Source: Bacilli bacterium (lineage in GTDB: Bacteria > Bacillota_I > Bacilli_A > RFN20 > CAG-826). From it: a stretch of 64,000 bases of DNA. Positions 17,084 through 25,214 of the stretch are shown in pieces (the stretch's first letter is position 1; every line of letters starts with the position of its first letter). Location: the NCBI GenBank assembly GCA_017651165.1, contig JAGCDH010000004.1:5096-69095 (forward strand). The letters run 5' to 3'. Made by a program: the position numbers and the translations under genes. Under the pieces are notes generated by a model. The model did not search any database. It was not told the DNA's origin and saw only the letters and a program-made list of their open reading frames with translations.

Positions 17084-19903
17084 ATGAAATTCAAAAAGTC
17101 ACATCTATATAAAATCGGCGCGTTTACCGCTGTTTTAACTTTAAACATTAGTTTATATGTCAATCTTAATAAAAAGCCTGTAGAAGCATTAAATGCTTAT
17201 AGTACAAGCGATTTACCAACCACAATTAACTTGAATGATTGTAGTGATTCAGAAATAAGATCATATTACTCTGGTCTTAATTCTTTAGACGCTTCCCAAA
17301 GAAAAGGCACTAATCTTTTAAAGAACTTAAAAACAATCTTATCTAACGGACAAAAATACTATAACTACGATAGTGGTGATAATGTCTGGAAGATGTATGA
17401 AATAACAGATAGAGACTGGGTGAAGTCTCCTGCTAATGCTATTAACTACGGGACATATAACTCAAATACCAATACGATAACTGGCTATAAGTATGGTTCT
17501 AATTATGACAACCCATACCTTCATGCTTTATATGTGAATAGAAATGTTGCTAACCATAATACACGTGCATGGGGTGACCATACTCAAACTAACTATGGAA
17601 TCAATAGAGAACATATCTGGGCTAAGTCACATGGTTTCCAAGCAGAAGGTGCTGCTGGTGCAAGAGGCGATCCAATGCACTTATGGGCCGCGAATGGCTA
17701 CGCTAATAACAAACATAGTAACTACTTCTTTGCGTTCGTAGATAAAACTAGATCATATGATAACTGTGGTTCAGCCTATAGTTATATTTCTGGCAATTAT
17801 AAGGGATATTCTAAGAACTTAGGCGGCAACCAAAACGTCTTTGAACCACAAGATTCAGATAAAGGTGATATTGCTAGAGCCGTATTCTATATGGTCGCTA
17901 GATATAACAACTACGCTGGTAACGATAATAGTATTGGTACAAATAATCCAAACTTAGTTTTAGCGAATAACTTATCTGAAAATAGTAGAACTGGTACATC
18001 AACCGCTAACGATCCATATGCGATGGGTGTATTAAGTGACCTTTTAGCGTGGAACAAACTTGATCCAGTTGATGAATACGAAAAACATAGAAACAATCTT
18101 CTATATAGAAACTTCACAAATAATAGAAATCCATTTATTGATTTCCCATCTTGGGCTGACGCTATTTGGGGAACAGCGGATTTAGATGGCACAAACTATA
18201 ATTCTTCTATTACCACTGTTGCTAATCCGGCATTAGACTCAATTAATTCTGGTGCTGCTGGTAATGCATTCAATATTTCAGTAGGTAATCTTGATTTAGA
18301 AGTTGGTGATACCGCAGAAATCTATGGTAGCAACGCTAACGGTAATATTACTTGGACAGTTAGCGACAATACTGTCGTGAGTTTAAGTAAGAACAGTAGC
18401 ACTAATAATGAAATAGTAACTATTACCGCTTTAAAGAGTGGTAACACTACAATTACCGCCACTAGTGGTGGCAACAGTGAAACATGTACAATTACTGTTT
18501 CCGATAGTGTTATTAACTATGGCTCACCAGAGCATCCTTTAACTATTACACAAGCCAAACAAGTTATTGATACCGTTAGTGCTGGTTCTCTAACACCAGA
18601 AAAGATGTACGTTAAAGGCATTATTTCTTCCAATACAGCCTTTAATACTAAATACAACAATTACGACCATGTCTGGTTACAAAGCGAAGATGGGCAAACA
18701 ACGAACGCTTTTGATTTAAGACGTTCTATTTTAGATGATTCTATTACTGATGATTATTCCGCCGCTAATTCTATGCAAGGCCTTGAAGCAGTAGCGTATG
18801 GCTTTGGAGAGTTTTATAACTCCACGTATCAACTATTTACAGACGCAAATAATCAAAACAATCCTTTGATTCTTTCTCTTGAACCGGTTGTTATTCCAGA
18901 GAAAACACCACAAGAAAAGATAGAAGAAATAACAACCACAACAAAACTTTCATATCGTTACACATCGGAAGAAAGTGAAGGCTCTGTTACTGATACTTTA
19001 AACAAAGCATTTACCGGTAGAACCGCAACGAAATATGAAGACTGGACTAACGATGGTGTTTCTGGCGTTACCTACGTCGGCCAAAGTGCTGCCGGGAACA
19101 ACGCAATTCAACTAAGAAGTAACAATAATAATTCAGGTATTGTTGTTTCAGCTAATCCAAATAGTCTTCCGGCAGCTAGCATTACCGTCGCTTGGAATCA
19201 AAATACAGAGGACGGGCGTACTTTAAATGTTTATGGTAAGAGCACAGCGTATTCCGCTGCTACTGATTTATATAATGCGAATAGTCAAGGTACCTTGCTA
19301 GGAACAATTGTTTATGGAACTAATACAAGTTTGACCATTACAGGCTCTTATCCGTTTATTGGATTTAGATCTAGTAGTGGTGCCCTCTGGTTAGACGAAG
19401 TCCAAATCGTGTGGGGTAGTGGTTCTTCTACTACCTATGAATATAGTGATGTATCTATTAGATTTGGTGGACTTCTCTCACAAGACTTATGGAATGATCT
19501 AGATACTGAAAACCATGTTATCGAAGGTTTCGGTGTCATGATTACCACTTATGATGTTTTAGAAGGTGAAGACATTAAAGACTATTACGATAATGCTGAA
19601 CCGGCAGAATCTGATCCAGATATCGAAGATGACATTATTAACCACTATATGGATAAGACAGAAATGAGTGTTCCTCCAGAACAAGACGATAACTATTTCT
19701 GGAATCTATTCTTTAGAATAACTGATTACACAAAGGTTTATACCGCTGCGGCATATATTAAGACATCATCAGAATATGTCTTCTTTGGTCAAGTGACATA
19801 TTCCGTTAAAACATTAGCGGAAGATTATATCGCCAATAGGGGATATTCTGCTAGTGCTGCAAATGGTTCATTAGGTAACCTTGCTAATCTATCCGTTAAC
19901 TAA
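17084..19903 (+). CDS. Secreted or surface endonuclease I-family nuclease fused to Big_2 and other modules
   Basis: Endonuclease_1 motifs: NREHIWAKSHG, GDPMHLWAANGYANNKHSN, EPQDSDKGDIARAVFYMVARY and NNRNPFIDFP. There is a Big_2-like segment (ITWTVSDNTVVSL...ITATSGG) and an N-terminal signal anchor. ATG at 17084 is preferred to the GTG at 17066. Confidence 0.85.
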   Translation: MKFKKSHLYKIGAFTAVLTLNISLYVNLNKKPVEALNAYSTSDLPTTINLNDCSDSEIRSYYSGLNSLDASQRKGTNLLKNLKTILSNGQKYYNYDSGDNVWKMYEITDRDWVKSPANAINYGTYNSNTNTITGYKYGSNYDNPYLHALYVNRNVANHNTRAWGDHTQTNYGINREHIWAKSHGFQAEGAAGARGDPMHLWAANGYANNKHSNYFFAFVDKTRSYDNCGSAYSYISGNYKGYSKNLGGNQNVFEPQDSDKGDIARAVFYMVARYNNYAGNDNSIGTNNPNLVLANNLSENSRTGTSTANDPYAMGVLSDLLAWNKLDPVDEYEKHRNNLLYRNFTNNRNPFIDFPSWADAIWGTADLDGTNYNSSITTVANPALDSINSGAAGNAFNISVGNLDLEVGDTAEIYGSNANGNITWTVSDNTVVSLSKNSSTNNEIVTITALKSGNTTITATSGGNSETCTITVSDSVINYGSPEHPLTITQAKQVIDTVSAGSLTPEKMYVKGIISSNTAFNTKYNNYDHVWLQSEDGQTTNAFDLRRSILDDSITDDYSAANSMQGLEAVAYGFGEFYNSTYQLFTDANNQNNPLILSLEPVVIPEKTPQEKIEEITTTTKLSYRYTSEESEGSVTDTLNKAFTGRTATKYEDWTNDGVSGVTYVGQSAAGNNAIQLRSNNNNSGIVVSANPNSLPAASITVAWNQNTEDGRTLNVYGKSTAYSAATDLYNANSQGTLLGTIVYGTNTSLTITGSYPFIGFRSSSGALWLDEVQIVWGSGSSTTYEYSDVSIRFGGLLSQDLWNDLDTENHVIEGFGVMITTYDVLEGEDIKDYYDNAEPAESDPDIEDDIINHYMDKTEMSVPPEQDDNYFWNLFFRITDYTKVYTAAAYIKTSSEYVFFGQVTYSVKTLAEDYIANRGYSASAANGSLGNLANLSVN

Positions 19904-19910
19904 TAAGAGT

Positions 19911-20624
19911 ATGGTGAACTTCAAAATTAAAATCGCCGAAATAGTGTTAGAGATTAATGCTTTTAATGAAATCACAAAGAAGTATTGTAGGGACTTTTTA
20001 AGTGACGAAGAACCTGACTATATTATTACTCTAACTGAAGAAGATCTAAGAAATGAAGTTACTGAATCAAATAATGGACACGTGTATGTAAACGAAGAGA
20101 TCTCAGCGTTATATCGTAAGATCGCAGACTTACTCATTGAAAACGATATCATTGTCTTCCATGGTTCATCTTTTAAAGTTAAAGATAGTGGCTTTATAGT
20201 GACCGCGAGAAGTGGTGTGGGTAAATCCACTCATGTGAAGTTATTAAGTGAATACTTAGGTAATGATTTTGAATATATTAATGATGATAAGCCATTACTT
20301 AAAGTAAAAGATGAATTAGTGTTATATTCCAATCCTTGGAATGGTAAAGAAAGAAGAGGTAATAATACCTCCGCTTCCTTAAAAGCGGTCATCTTCCTTA
20401 ATAGGGGAGATAATACTTATAAGAAACTAGATAATAAAGAAGAAGTCTACTTTAAGTTATTAAGTCAAATCTATTTACCAAGAGATAAAGCTAAAAGAGA
20501 AAAAGCTTTGAAGTTAATTGATATATTATTAAAGAGACTTAATTTTTATGAAATTAATGTCAATATGGATATATCTTCCGCAGAGATGACTAGTGAAAGG
20601 ATTATTAAAAATGAAATTAAATGA
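19911..20624 (+). CDS. HPr kinase-like P-loop protein (HprK-related kinase)
   Basis: FHGSSFKVKDSGFIVTARSGVGKSTHVKLL matches the HprK C-terminal domain pattern (HG..v...g.G.li.G.SG.GKS), followed by NDDKP and NPWNGK. ATG at 19911 lies 7 nt after the nuclease stop. Confidence 0.7.
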   Translation: MVNFKIKIAEIVLEINAFNEITKKYCRDFLSDEEPDYIITLTEEDLRNEVTESNNGHVYVNEEISALYRKIADLLIENDIIVFHGSSFKVKDSGFIVTARSGVGKSTHVKLLSEYLGNDFEYINDDKPLLKVKDELVLYSNPWNGKERRGNNTSASLKAVIFLNRGDNTYKKLDNKEEVYFKLLSQIYLPRDKAKREKALKLIDILLKRLNFYEINVNMDISSAEMTSERIIKNEIK

Positions 20625-20877
20625 GAACTTTTTAATCCATCAAACAGATAATGGTGAAATCTTAATTCCAGTAGGGGAAGAAACTAAAAGATTTCATGGT
20701 GTTATTAAACTCAATAGCACTGGTTCTGAAATAGTCCACTTATTAGAAAATAATGATCTGTCATTAGAGGACATTCTTAATCATTTCTATGAAGAATATC
20801 CTGATAATAAAGAAGAAGTCAAAGAAGGGGTCACTAGTTTTATCAATAAACTAAGAGAAATCAATGCCGTCATTTGA
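20611..20877 (+). CDS. PqqD-family protein (RiPP recognition element-like peptide chaperone)
   Basis: 88 aa. IKLNSTGSEIVHLLENNDLSLEDILNHFYEEY....VKEGVTSFINKLREINAVI matches the PqqD pattern (LN.tG..i..ll....s.e.i......y......dv..Fi..L). It overlaps the upstream gene by 14 nt. Confidence 0.7.
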   Translation: MKLNENFLIHQTDNGEILIPVGEETKRFHGVIKLNSTGSEIVHLLENNDLSLEDILNHFYEEYPDNKEEVKEGVTSFINKLREINAVI

Positions 20878-21286
20878 AGAAGTGTTAGATAAGGATGGTG
20901 AATTAATATTCACCAACGTTGGTTATTCTATGTATCCTTTGATTAAAGAACGAGAGGATATTTTAAGAATCGTTAAAACTGATGCTTTTAAGAAAGGTGA
21001 TATTATTCTTTTTAAATCTGAGATAGACCACTATGTGTTACACAGAATCTTAAAAATTAAAAAAGATAAGATTATTACTGCGGGCGATCATAACTACCGT
21101 AAGGATCAACCAATTACTAGGGAACAAGCCCTAGGAAAGCTCGTATCAATCAAAAAGAAAGATGGTAAGGAAATAGATCTAGCGAAAGATAAAAAGGCCA
21201 GAAAGTTCTTTTATACAAATTTCTTTCACGTTAAAGCATTCTTCCAAATGTTGGGTACAGTATTACATTTAAGAAGAGTTAAGTGA
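20864..21286 (+). CDS. S24/S26-family peptidase, SipW/Sec11-like Ser/His type, no TM anchor
   Basis: GYSMYPLI supplies the Ser nucleophile box. VLHRIL puts His where bacterial SPase I and LexA have Lys. AGDHNYRKD matches the GDN..D box. No hydrophobic N-terminus. It overlaps the PqqD gene by 14 nt. Confidence 0.65.
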   Translation: MPSFEEVLDKDGELIFTNVGYSMYPLIKEREDILRIVKTDAFKKGDIILFKSEIDHYVLHRILKIKKDKIITAGDHNYRKDQPITREQALGKLVSIKKKDGKEIDLAKDKKARKFFYTNFFHVKAFFQMLGTVLHLRRVK

Positions 21287-21288
21287 TT

Positions 21289-21316
21289 AGAACCTAACAG
21301 GTTCTTTTCTTTTTTA
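21289..21316 (+). terminator. Rho-independent terminator
   Basis: Perfect 7-bp stem agaacct-aac-aggttct, followed by tttctttttt. Confidence 0.65.
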
Positions 21317-21323
21317 AAACAAA

Positions 21324-21354
21324 TGTGAAACAAAATAAACAAAAATGTTTCACA
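21324..21354. promoter_or_regulatory. Perfect 9-bp inverted repeat, candidate operator overlapping the -35 region
   Basis: TGTGAAACA, a 13-nt spacer, then TGTTTCACA. The right arm overlaps the -35 position of the extended -10 promoter at 21368-21376. Confidence 0.4.
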
Positions 21355-21367
21355 AGCAATTTAATCA

Positions 21368-21376
21368 TGGTATATT
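21368..21376 (+). promoter_or_regulatory. Extended -10 element (TGgTATATT)
   Basis: TGGTATATT lies 22 nt upstream of the ATG at 21398. AAGGAAAA RBS is in between. Confidence 0.35.
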
Positions 21377-21397
21377 TTATATACAAGGAAAAGTATT

Positions 21398-22318
21398 ATG
21401 CCGACCATTGTTGAATTACTTAGCGAAAAGAAGCAACTTGTTAATCAATTAGATTCCATGATTTATGGATCAATTGAAATTAGAGACGAGAAGTACATCT
21501 ATGTTCATTTTAGACAAGATGGTGCTTTAATGACGAAATACGCTGGTGAATACTCCGATGTTTTGTATAACTTAATTATCAACAACACAAACCACGCTAA
21601 AGAGATTAAGAAGCACATCAAAGAAATCAACAAAGAGTTAAAAGCTCTAAACTATGTTGAAGTTGAAGGTGTTGATGAAATGGTAGCAATGAATATTGAT
21701 TTAGCCAGAAGAAACCTCGTTGATTCTATTTATAAACAATCGATGTTAGAAGGTGTGGCCACGACATACTCTGATACAGAAACTTTAGTTAATGGCGGAA
21801 GAGTTAATGATATGAGCGCTGTTGATGTTGACAAAGTCATCAATCTAAAGAGAGCGTGGCAGTTTATTATGTCAATTGATTTAGCAAATTATCCAACTAA
21901 CTATGCTGTGTTATGCCAAATTAACCAAATTGTGGAAGATGGTTTTTCTGTGACCGCAGGAAAGATTAGAAAAGTGCCTGTCGCTGTTGGTGGATCATCA
22001 TATATCCCACCAATTCCTTTTGAAGATCAAGTTAAACAAGATATCTATGATATTCTACATCAAGAAGAAGGCGTCGATTTAGCTGTTGACCTAGTTTTAT
22101 ATGTAATGAAAAAGCAACTATTTTTAGATGGTAATAAAAGAACTGCAATTATATTCGCTAATCACTATCTAATTACACACGCCCTTGGTTTAATAGTGGT
22201 CCCTGCCGAATTAGTGGACGAATATAAAAAGATTCTCGTTTCTTATTATGAAAATGAAAACAAAAAGGAAGATATTGCAAATTTCTTAAAAGAAAAATGC
22301 TGGATTAGATTAAAATGA
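21398..22318 (+). CDS. Fic/Doc-family protein with a Doc-like, His-less motif
   Basis: Fic fold cues are QSMLEGVATTYSDTETLV and GKIRKVPVAVGGSSYIPP. The active-site loop reads QLFLDGNKRTAI, against canonical HPFxDGNGRxxR and the Doc motif HxFxD[AG]NKR. Confidence 0.65.
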   Translation: MPTIVELLSEKKQLVNQLDSMIYGSIEIRDEKYIYVHFRQDGALMTKYAGEYSDVLYNLIINNTNHAKEIKKHIKEINKELKALNYVEVEGVDEMVAMNIDLARRNLVDSIYKQSMLEGVATTYSDTETLVNGGRVNDMSAVDVDKVINLKRAWQFIMSIDLANYPTNYAVLCQINQIVEDGFSVTAGKIRKVPVAVGGSSYIPPIPFEDQVKQDIYDILHQEEGVDLAVDLVLYVMKKQLFLDGNKRTAIIFANHYLITHALGLIVVPAELVDEYKKILVSYYENENKKEDIANFLKEKCWIRLK

Positions 22319-23964
22319 AAAACAAAGAAACACTAAAGTTCATATCTAATAACATCAAAGGCTGTAAGACTAAGATCTTCATTCTTTCTTTATGCCAAAT
22401 TATGCTTGGTGTTCTTGTCGTTGCGTTTTCGTTTACGCTCCGCTACATCATTAGAGCGATTGAAAGCCATGGTCAAGCATCATTAACTAAGTGGACGATT
22501 GTGATGAGCTGTATTGCCTTTGGCATTGTGGTCTTACAAATCTTCTATCGTATTTACTATGAATATAGCCACGTCGCAATTGAAAATAAGTTAAAAGACA
22601 ATCTTTTTAAAACCATTCTTTCTAAGAACTATCAAGATGTGAAAAAGATCCATGATGAAGAATGGATTCATCGTTTAACTAGTGACACTAGTGTGATTGC
22701 TTCTTCGATTTTATCAATCTTACCTTCTTTATGTAGAATGGTTGTTCAACTCGCCTTAGCTTTAGCGGCGATTATCTATTTATATCCAGTCTTTGGTTTA
22801 TCATTATTACCATTTATTGTCTTAGTTATTCTATTAACTTATTTCATGAGGAAACGCTTAAAAGCGTATCATCATTTAGCACAAGAAAAAGATGGTAAGG
22901 CAAAAGTCTTCTTTTCTGAATCGCTTCAAGGATTATCAATTGTGCATTCTTTCGTTAAAGAAGATGTCTTTTCAAAGAAAAACGAACAGAACTTAGAAGA
23001 ATATAAGAAAGCGAGAGTAAAAAGAAATCTCTTCGCCGTATTCTGCTCTGTTGGTTTTATCGTTGTTTACTATACTTTCTATATCTTGGCCATTATCTTC
23101 TGCGGTAACGCAATTATTAAGGGTTCAATGACTATTGGTTTATTGACCGCTTTAGTAGCGCTTTTAACTCAATTAACAGGCCCATTAGGTAACTTAACCG
23201 CAATTGTTCCTCAATACTATTCTTTAATCGCTTCTGGTGAACGTTTAAGAATTGAAAAGGATGAGGACGTGCATTACTTATCTAAAGAAGAAATCGCTGA
23301 TTACTATGATAAAGAATTCAAAGGTCTTTCATTTAATAAGGCCTCATTCTCTTATCTAGATAAATATGGCAATGAAGTTGAAGCCATTAGAGATTTCTCA
23401 TTAGTCGTTAATAAGAATTCAAAAGTCTTAATCAAAGGTCATTCTGGTGGTGGTAAATCCACATTATTTAAGTTAATGCTTTCTTTATTAACTCCAGATC
23501 ATGGTCAAATTAATTTATTAGATAATAAAGAACATCCTTTAGAAAAGAAATATGAAAAGCTCTTTAGTTATGTTCCTCAAGATAATCTTTTAATGCAAGG
23601 CACTGTTAAAGAAGTGGTGACTTTATTTGAAGATAAACCAAATGAAGCACAATTTAATAAAGCCTTAGAGATTAGTGATTCTTTATCATTTATTAATAAT
23701 CTTCCACTTAAAGAGAATACTTTCCTTAATGAAAAAGGTAGTGGTCTTTCTTTAGGTGAAATGGAAAGAATTGCGATTGCAAGAGCGGTGTACGCTGATG
23801 CGCCTATTCTCTTATTAGACGAGTGCAGCGCGTCATTAGACGCTCAAACAGAAAAGAAAGTCATGAATAACATTTTATCTTTAGATAATAAGACTATCGT
23901 TTTAATCTCCCACCATAAATATAACGAATCATCATTTGATCAAGTCGTTGATCTTGGAGAATAG
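22315..23964 (+). CDS. ABC exporter, fused TMD-NBD half-transporter
   Basis: Six N-terminal TM helices. Walker A GHSGGGKST, signature LSLGEMERIAIARAV, Walker B ILLLDECSASLD. ATGA start/stop overlap with the Fic gene. No C39 peptidase domain. Confidence 0.85.
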   Translation: MKNKETLKFISNNIKGCKTKIFILSLCQIMLGVLVVAFSFTLRYIIRAIESHGQASLTKWTIVMSCIAFGIVVLQIFYRIYYEYSHVAIENKLKDNLFKTILSKNYQDVKKIHDEEWIHRLTSDTSVIASSILSILPSLCRMVVQLALALAAIIYLYPVFGLSLLPFIVLVILLTYFMRKRLKAYHHLAQEKDGKAKVFFSESLQGLSIVHSFVKEDVFSKKNEQNLEEYKKARVKRNLFAVFCSVGFIVVYYTFYILAIIFCGNAIIKGSMTIGLLTALVALLTQLTGPLGNLTAIVPQYYSLIASGERLRIEKDEDVHYLSKEEIADYYDKEFKGLSFNKASFSYLDKYGNEVEAIRDFSLVVNKNSKVLIKGHSGGGKSTLFKLMLSLLTPDHGQINLLDNKEHPLEKKYEKLFSYVPQDNLLMQGTVKEVVTLFEDKPNEAQFNKALEISDSLSFINNLPLKENTFLNEKGSGLSLGEMERIAIARAVYADAPILLLDECSASLDAQTEKKVMNNILSLDNKTIVLISHHKYNESSFDQVVDLGE

Positions 23965-25095
23965 ATGGATAAAAAAGAATTCGCTAGTGGTGTATTTAAC
24001 TACCTACATCTAGTGGGCCTTTATTTAAATAAGAAGACCGCTAGTGATTTTAAGGTGGATGATAGCAATATCTCTTTTTATGTTGGATTATCTAAACACC
24101 ATTCCTTAATGGCTATATTCTATAAAGCCTTAAAATCCACGAAAGCGGACATTAGTGAAGATAATCTTAAAAAGTTAGAAGAATATTATCTATCTAATGT
24201 CAGAAAGTCTGCTTTATTTGCTAAAGAAAGAAAAGATATCTATAAGTTTTTAAATGACAATCAAATCGATTTCTTACCTCTAAAAGGTATTGTTATTAAA
24301 GATTTTTATTTAGATCCAGACACAAGAGAATTCGCGGATAACGATATTCTTTTTACCGCTTCTAAAGATAAACTTGTTAAAGAATTCTTTGTTAAAAAGG
24401 GCTATAAGGTTGAAACCTTTAGAAGAGGCAACCATGATGTCTATCAAAAGAAGCCATTCTTTAATTTTGAAATGCATCGTGATTTGTTCGCCGAGAGAGA
24501 AGACGGACGTGCTTTTTCAACTTACTTTAAAGACTATCTAAAGAACTCTTCAATTAAAGATGGATATGAACATTATTTGAACAAAGAAGACTTCTATATC
24601 TATTTCTTAGCCCACGCTTTTAAGCATTTTGATAATTCTGGATGTGGAATTAGAACATTAATAGATTTCTATTTATACCTTAAAAATAACGAACTAGATT
24701 TTGATTATATTAATAAAGAGTTAGAGATGATTGGTTTATTAGATTTTTCTAATAAGTTATCTTCTTTGTCCATCAAAGTATTTGATGAAGAAGAATTAGA
24801 TGAAGAAGAAATCGAAATGCTTCTATTTATCGCTTCGAGTGGTACTTATGGCACCTTAGCCAACAGTGTCGCTAAAGGGGTCAAAGAAAAAGGAAGATTT
24901 AGATACTTAATGCGTCGTATCTTCCCTCCAATGTCTTTTTATAAAACAGCCTACCCACGCTTATATAAAACTAAAGTCTTAATTCCTGTAGCCTGGTTTA
25001 TGCGTTTATTCCGCATCATCTTTAAAAATCCAAAAAGAGCGACCGCGGAAATCAAACTCATTAGTAAAACCAAAAAAGAAAAGAAAAGCGACTAA
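23965..25095 (+). CDS. Nucleotidyltransferase-family protein (uncharacterised NTP_transf_5 type)
   Basis: FLPLKGIVIKDFYLDPDTREFADNDILF matches the family core (LKG....Yp....R...DiDiLv). It also has FEMHRDLF and HAFKHF....GIRTLIDFYL. The start abuts the ABC stop. Confidence 0.6.
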   Translation: MDKKEFASGVFNYLHLVGLYLNKKTASDFKVDDSNISFYVGLSKHHSLMAIFYKALKSTKADISEDNLKKLEEYYLSNVRKSALFAKERKDIYKFLNDNQIDFLPLKGIVIKDFYLDPDTREFADNDILFTASKDKLVKEFFVKKGYKVETFRRGNHDVYQKKPFFNFEMHRDLFAEREDGRAFSTYFKDYLKNSSIKDGYEHYLNKEDFYIYFLAHAFKHFDNSGCGIRTLIDFYLYLKNNELDFDYINKELEMIGLLDFSNKLSSLSIKVFDEEELDEEEIEMLLFIASSGTYGTLANSVAKGVKEKGRFRYLMRRIFPPMSFYKTAYPRLYKTKVLIPVAWFMRLFRIIFKNPKRATAEIKLISKTKKEKKSD

Positions 25096-25164
25096 TAATC
25101 ATAGATTTATACTTGGTTTAAGGTTCAACTATTAATATCTTTTTTATAAGTGTTATAAAATAGT

Positions 25165-25185
25165 ATTGATAGCACAATTATCAAT
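25165..25185. promoter_or_regulatory. 7-bp-arm palindrome next to a -10-like box, candidate operator
   Basis: ATTGATA-gcacaat-TATCAAT lies just downstream of TGTTATAAAAT and 30 nt upstream of the ATG at 25215. Confidence 0.3.
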
Positions 25186-25214
25186 CGTAAAACAATTTTT
25201 GAAAGGATTTTTTT

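Noticed and set aside
21324-21354. TGTGA....TCACA arms interpreted as a CRP/FNR-family binding site.
   Set aside because: The canonical site is TGTGA-N6-TCACA. Here the pentamers are 21 nt apart, and the conserved unit is a 9-bp arm. I report it only as a generic operator-like palindrome.
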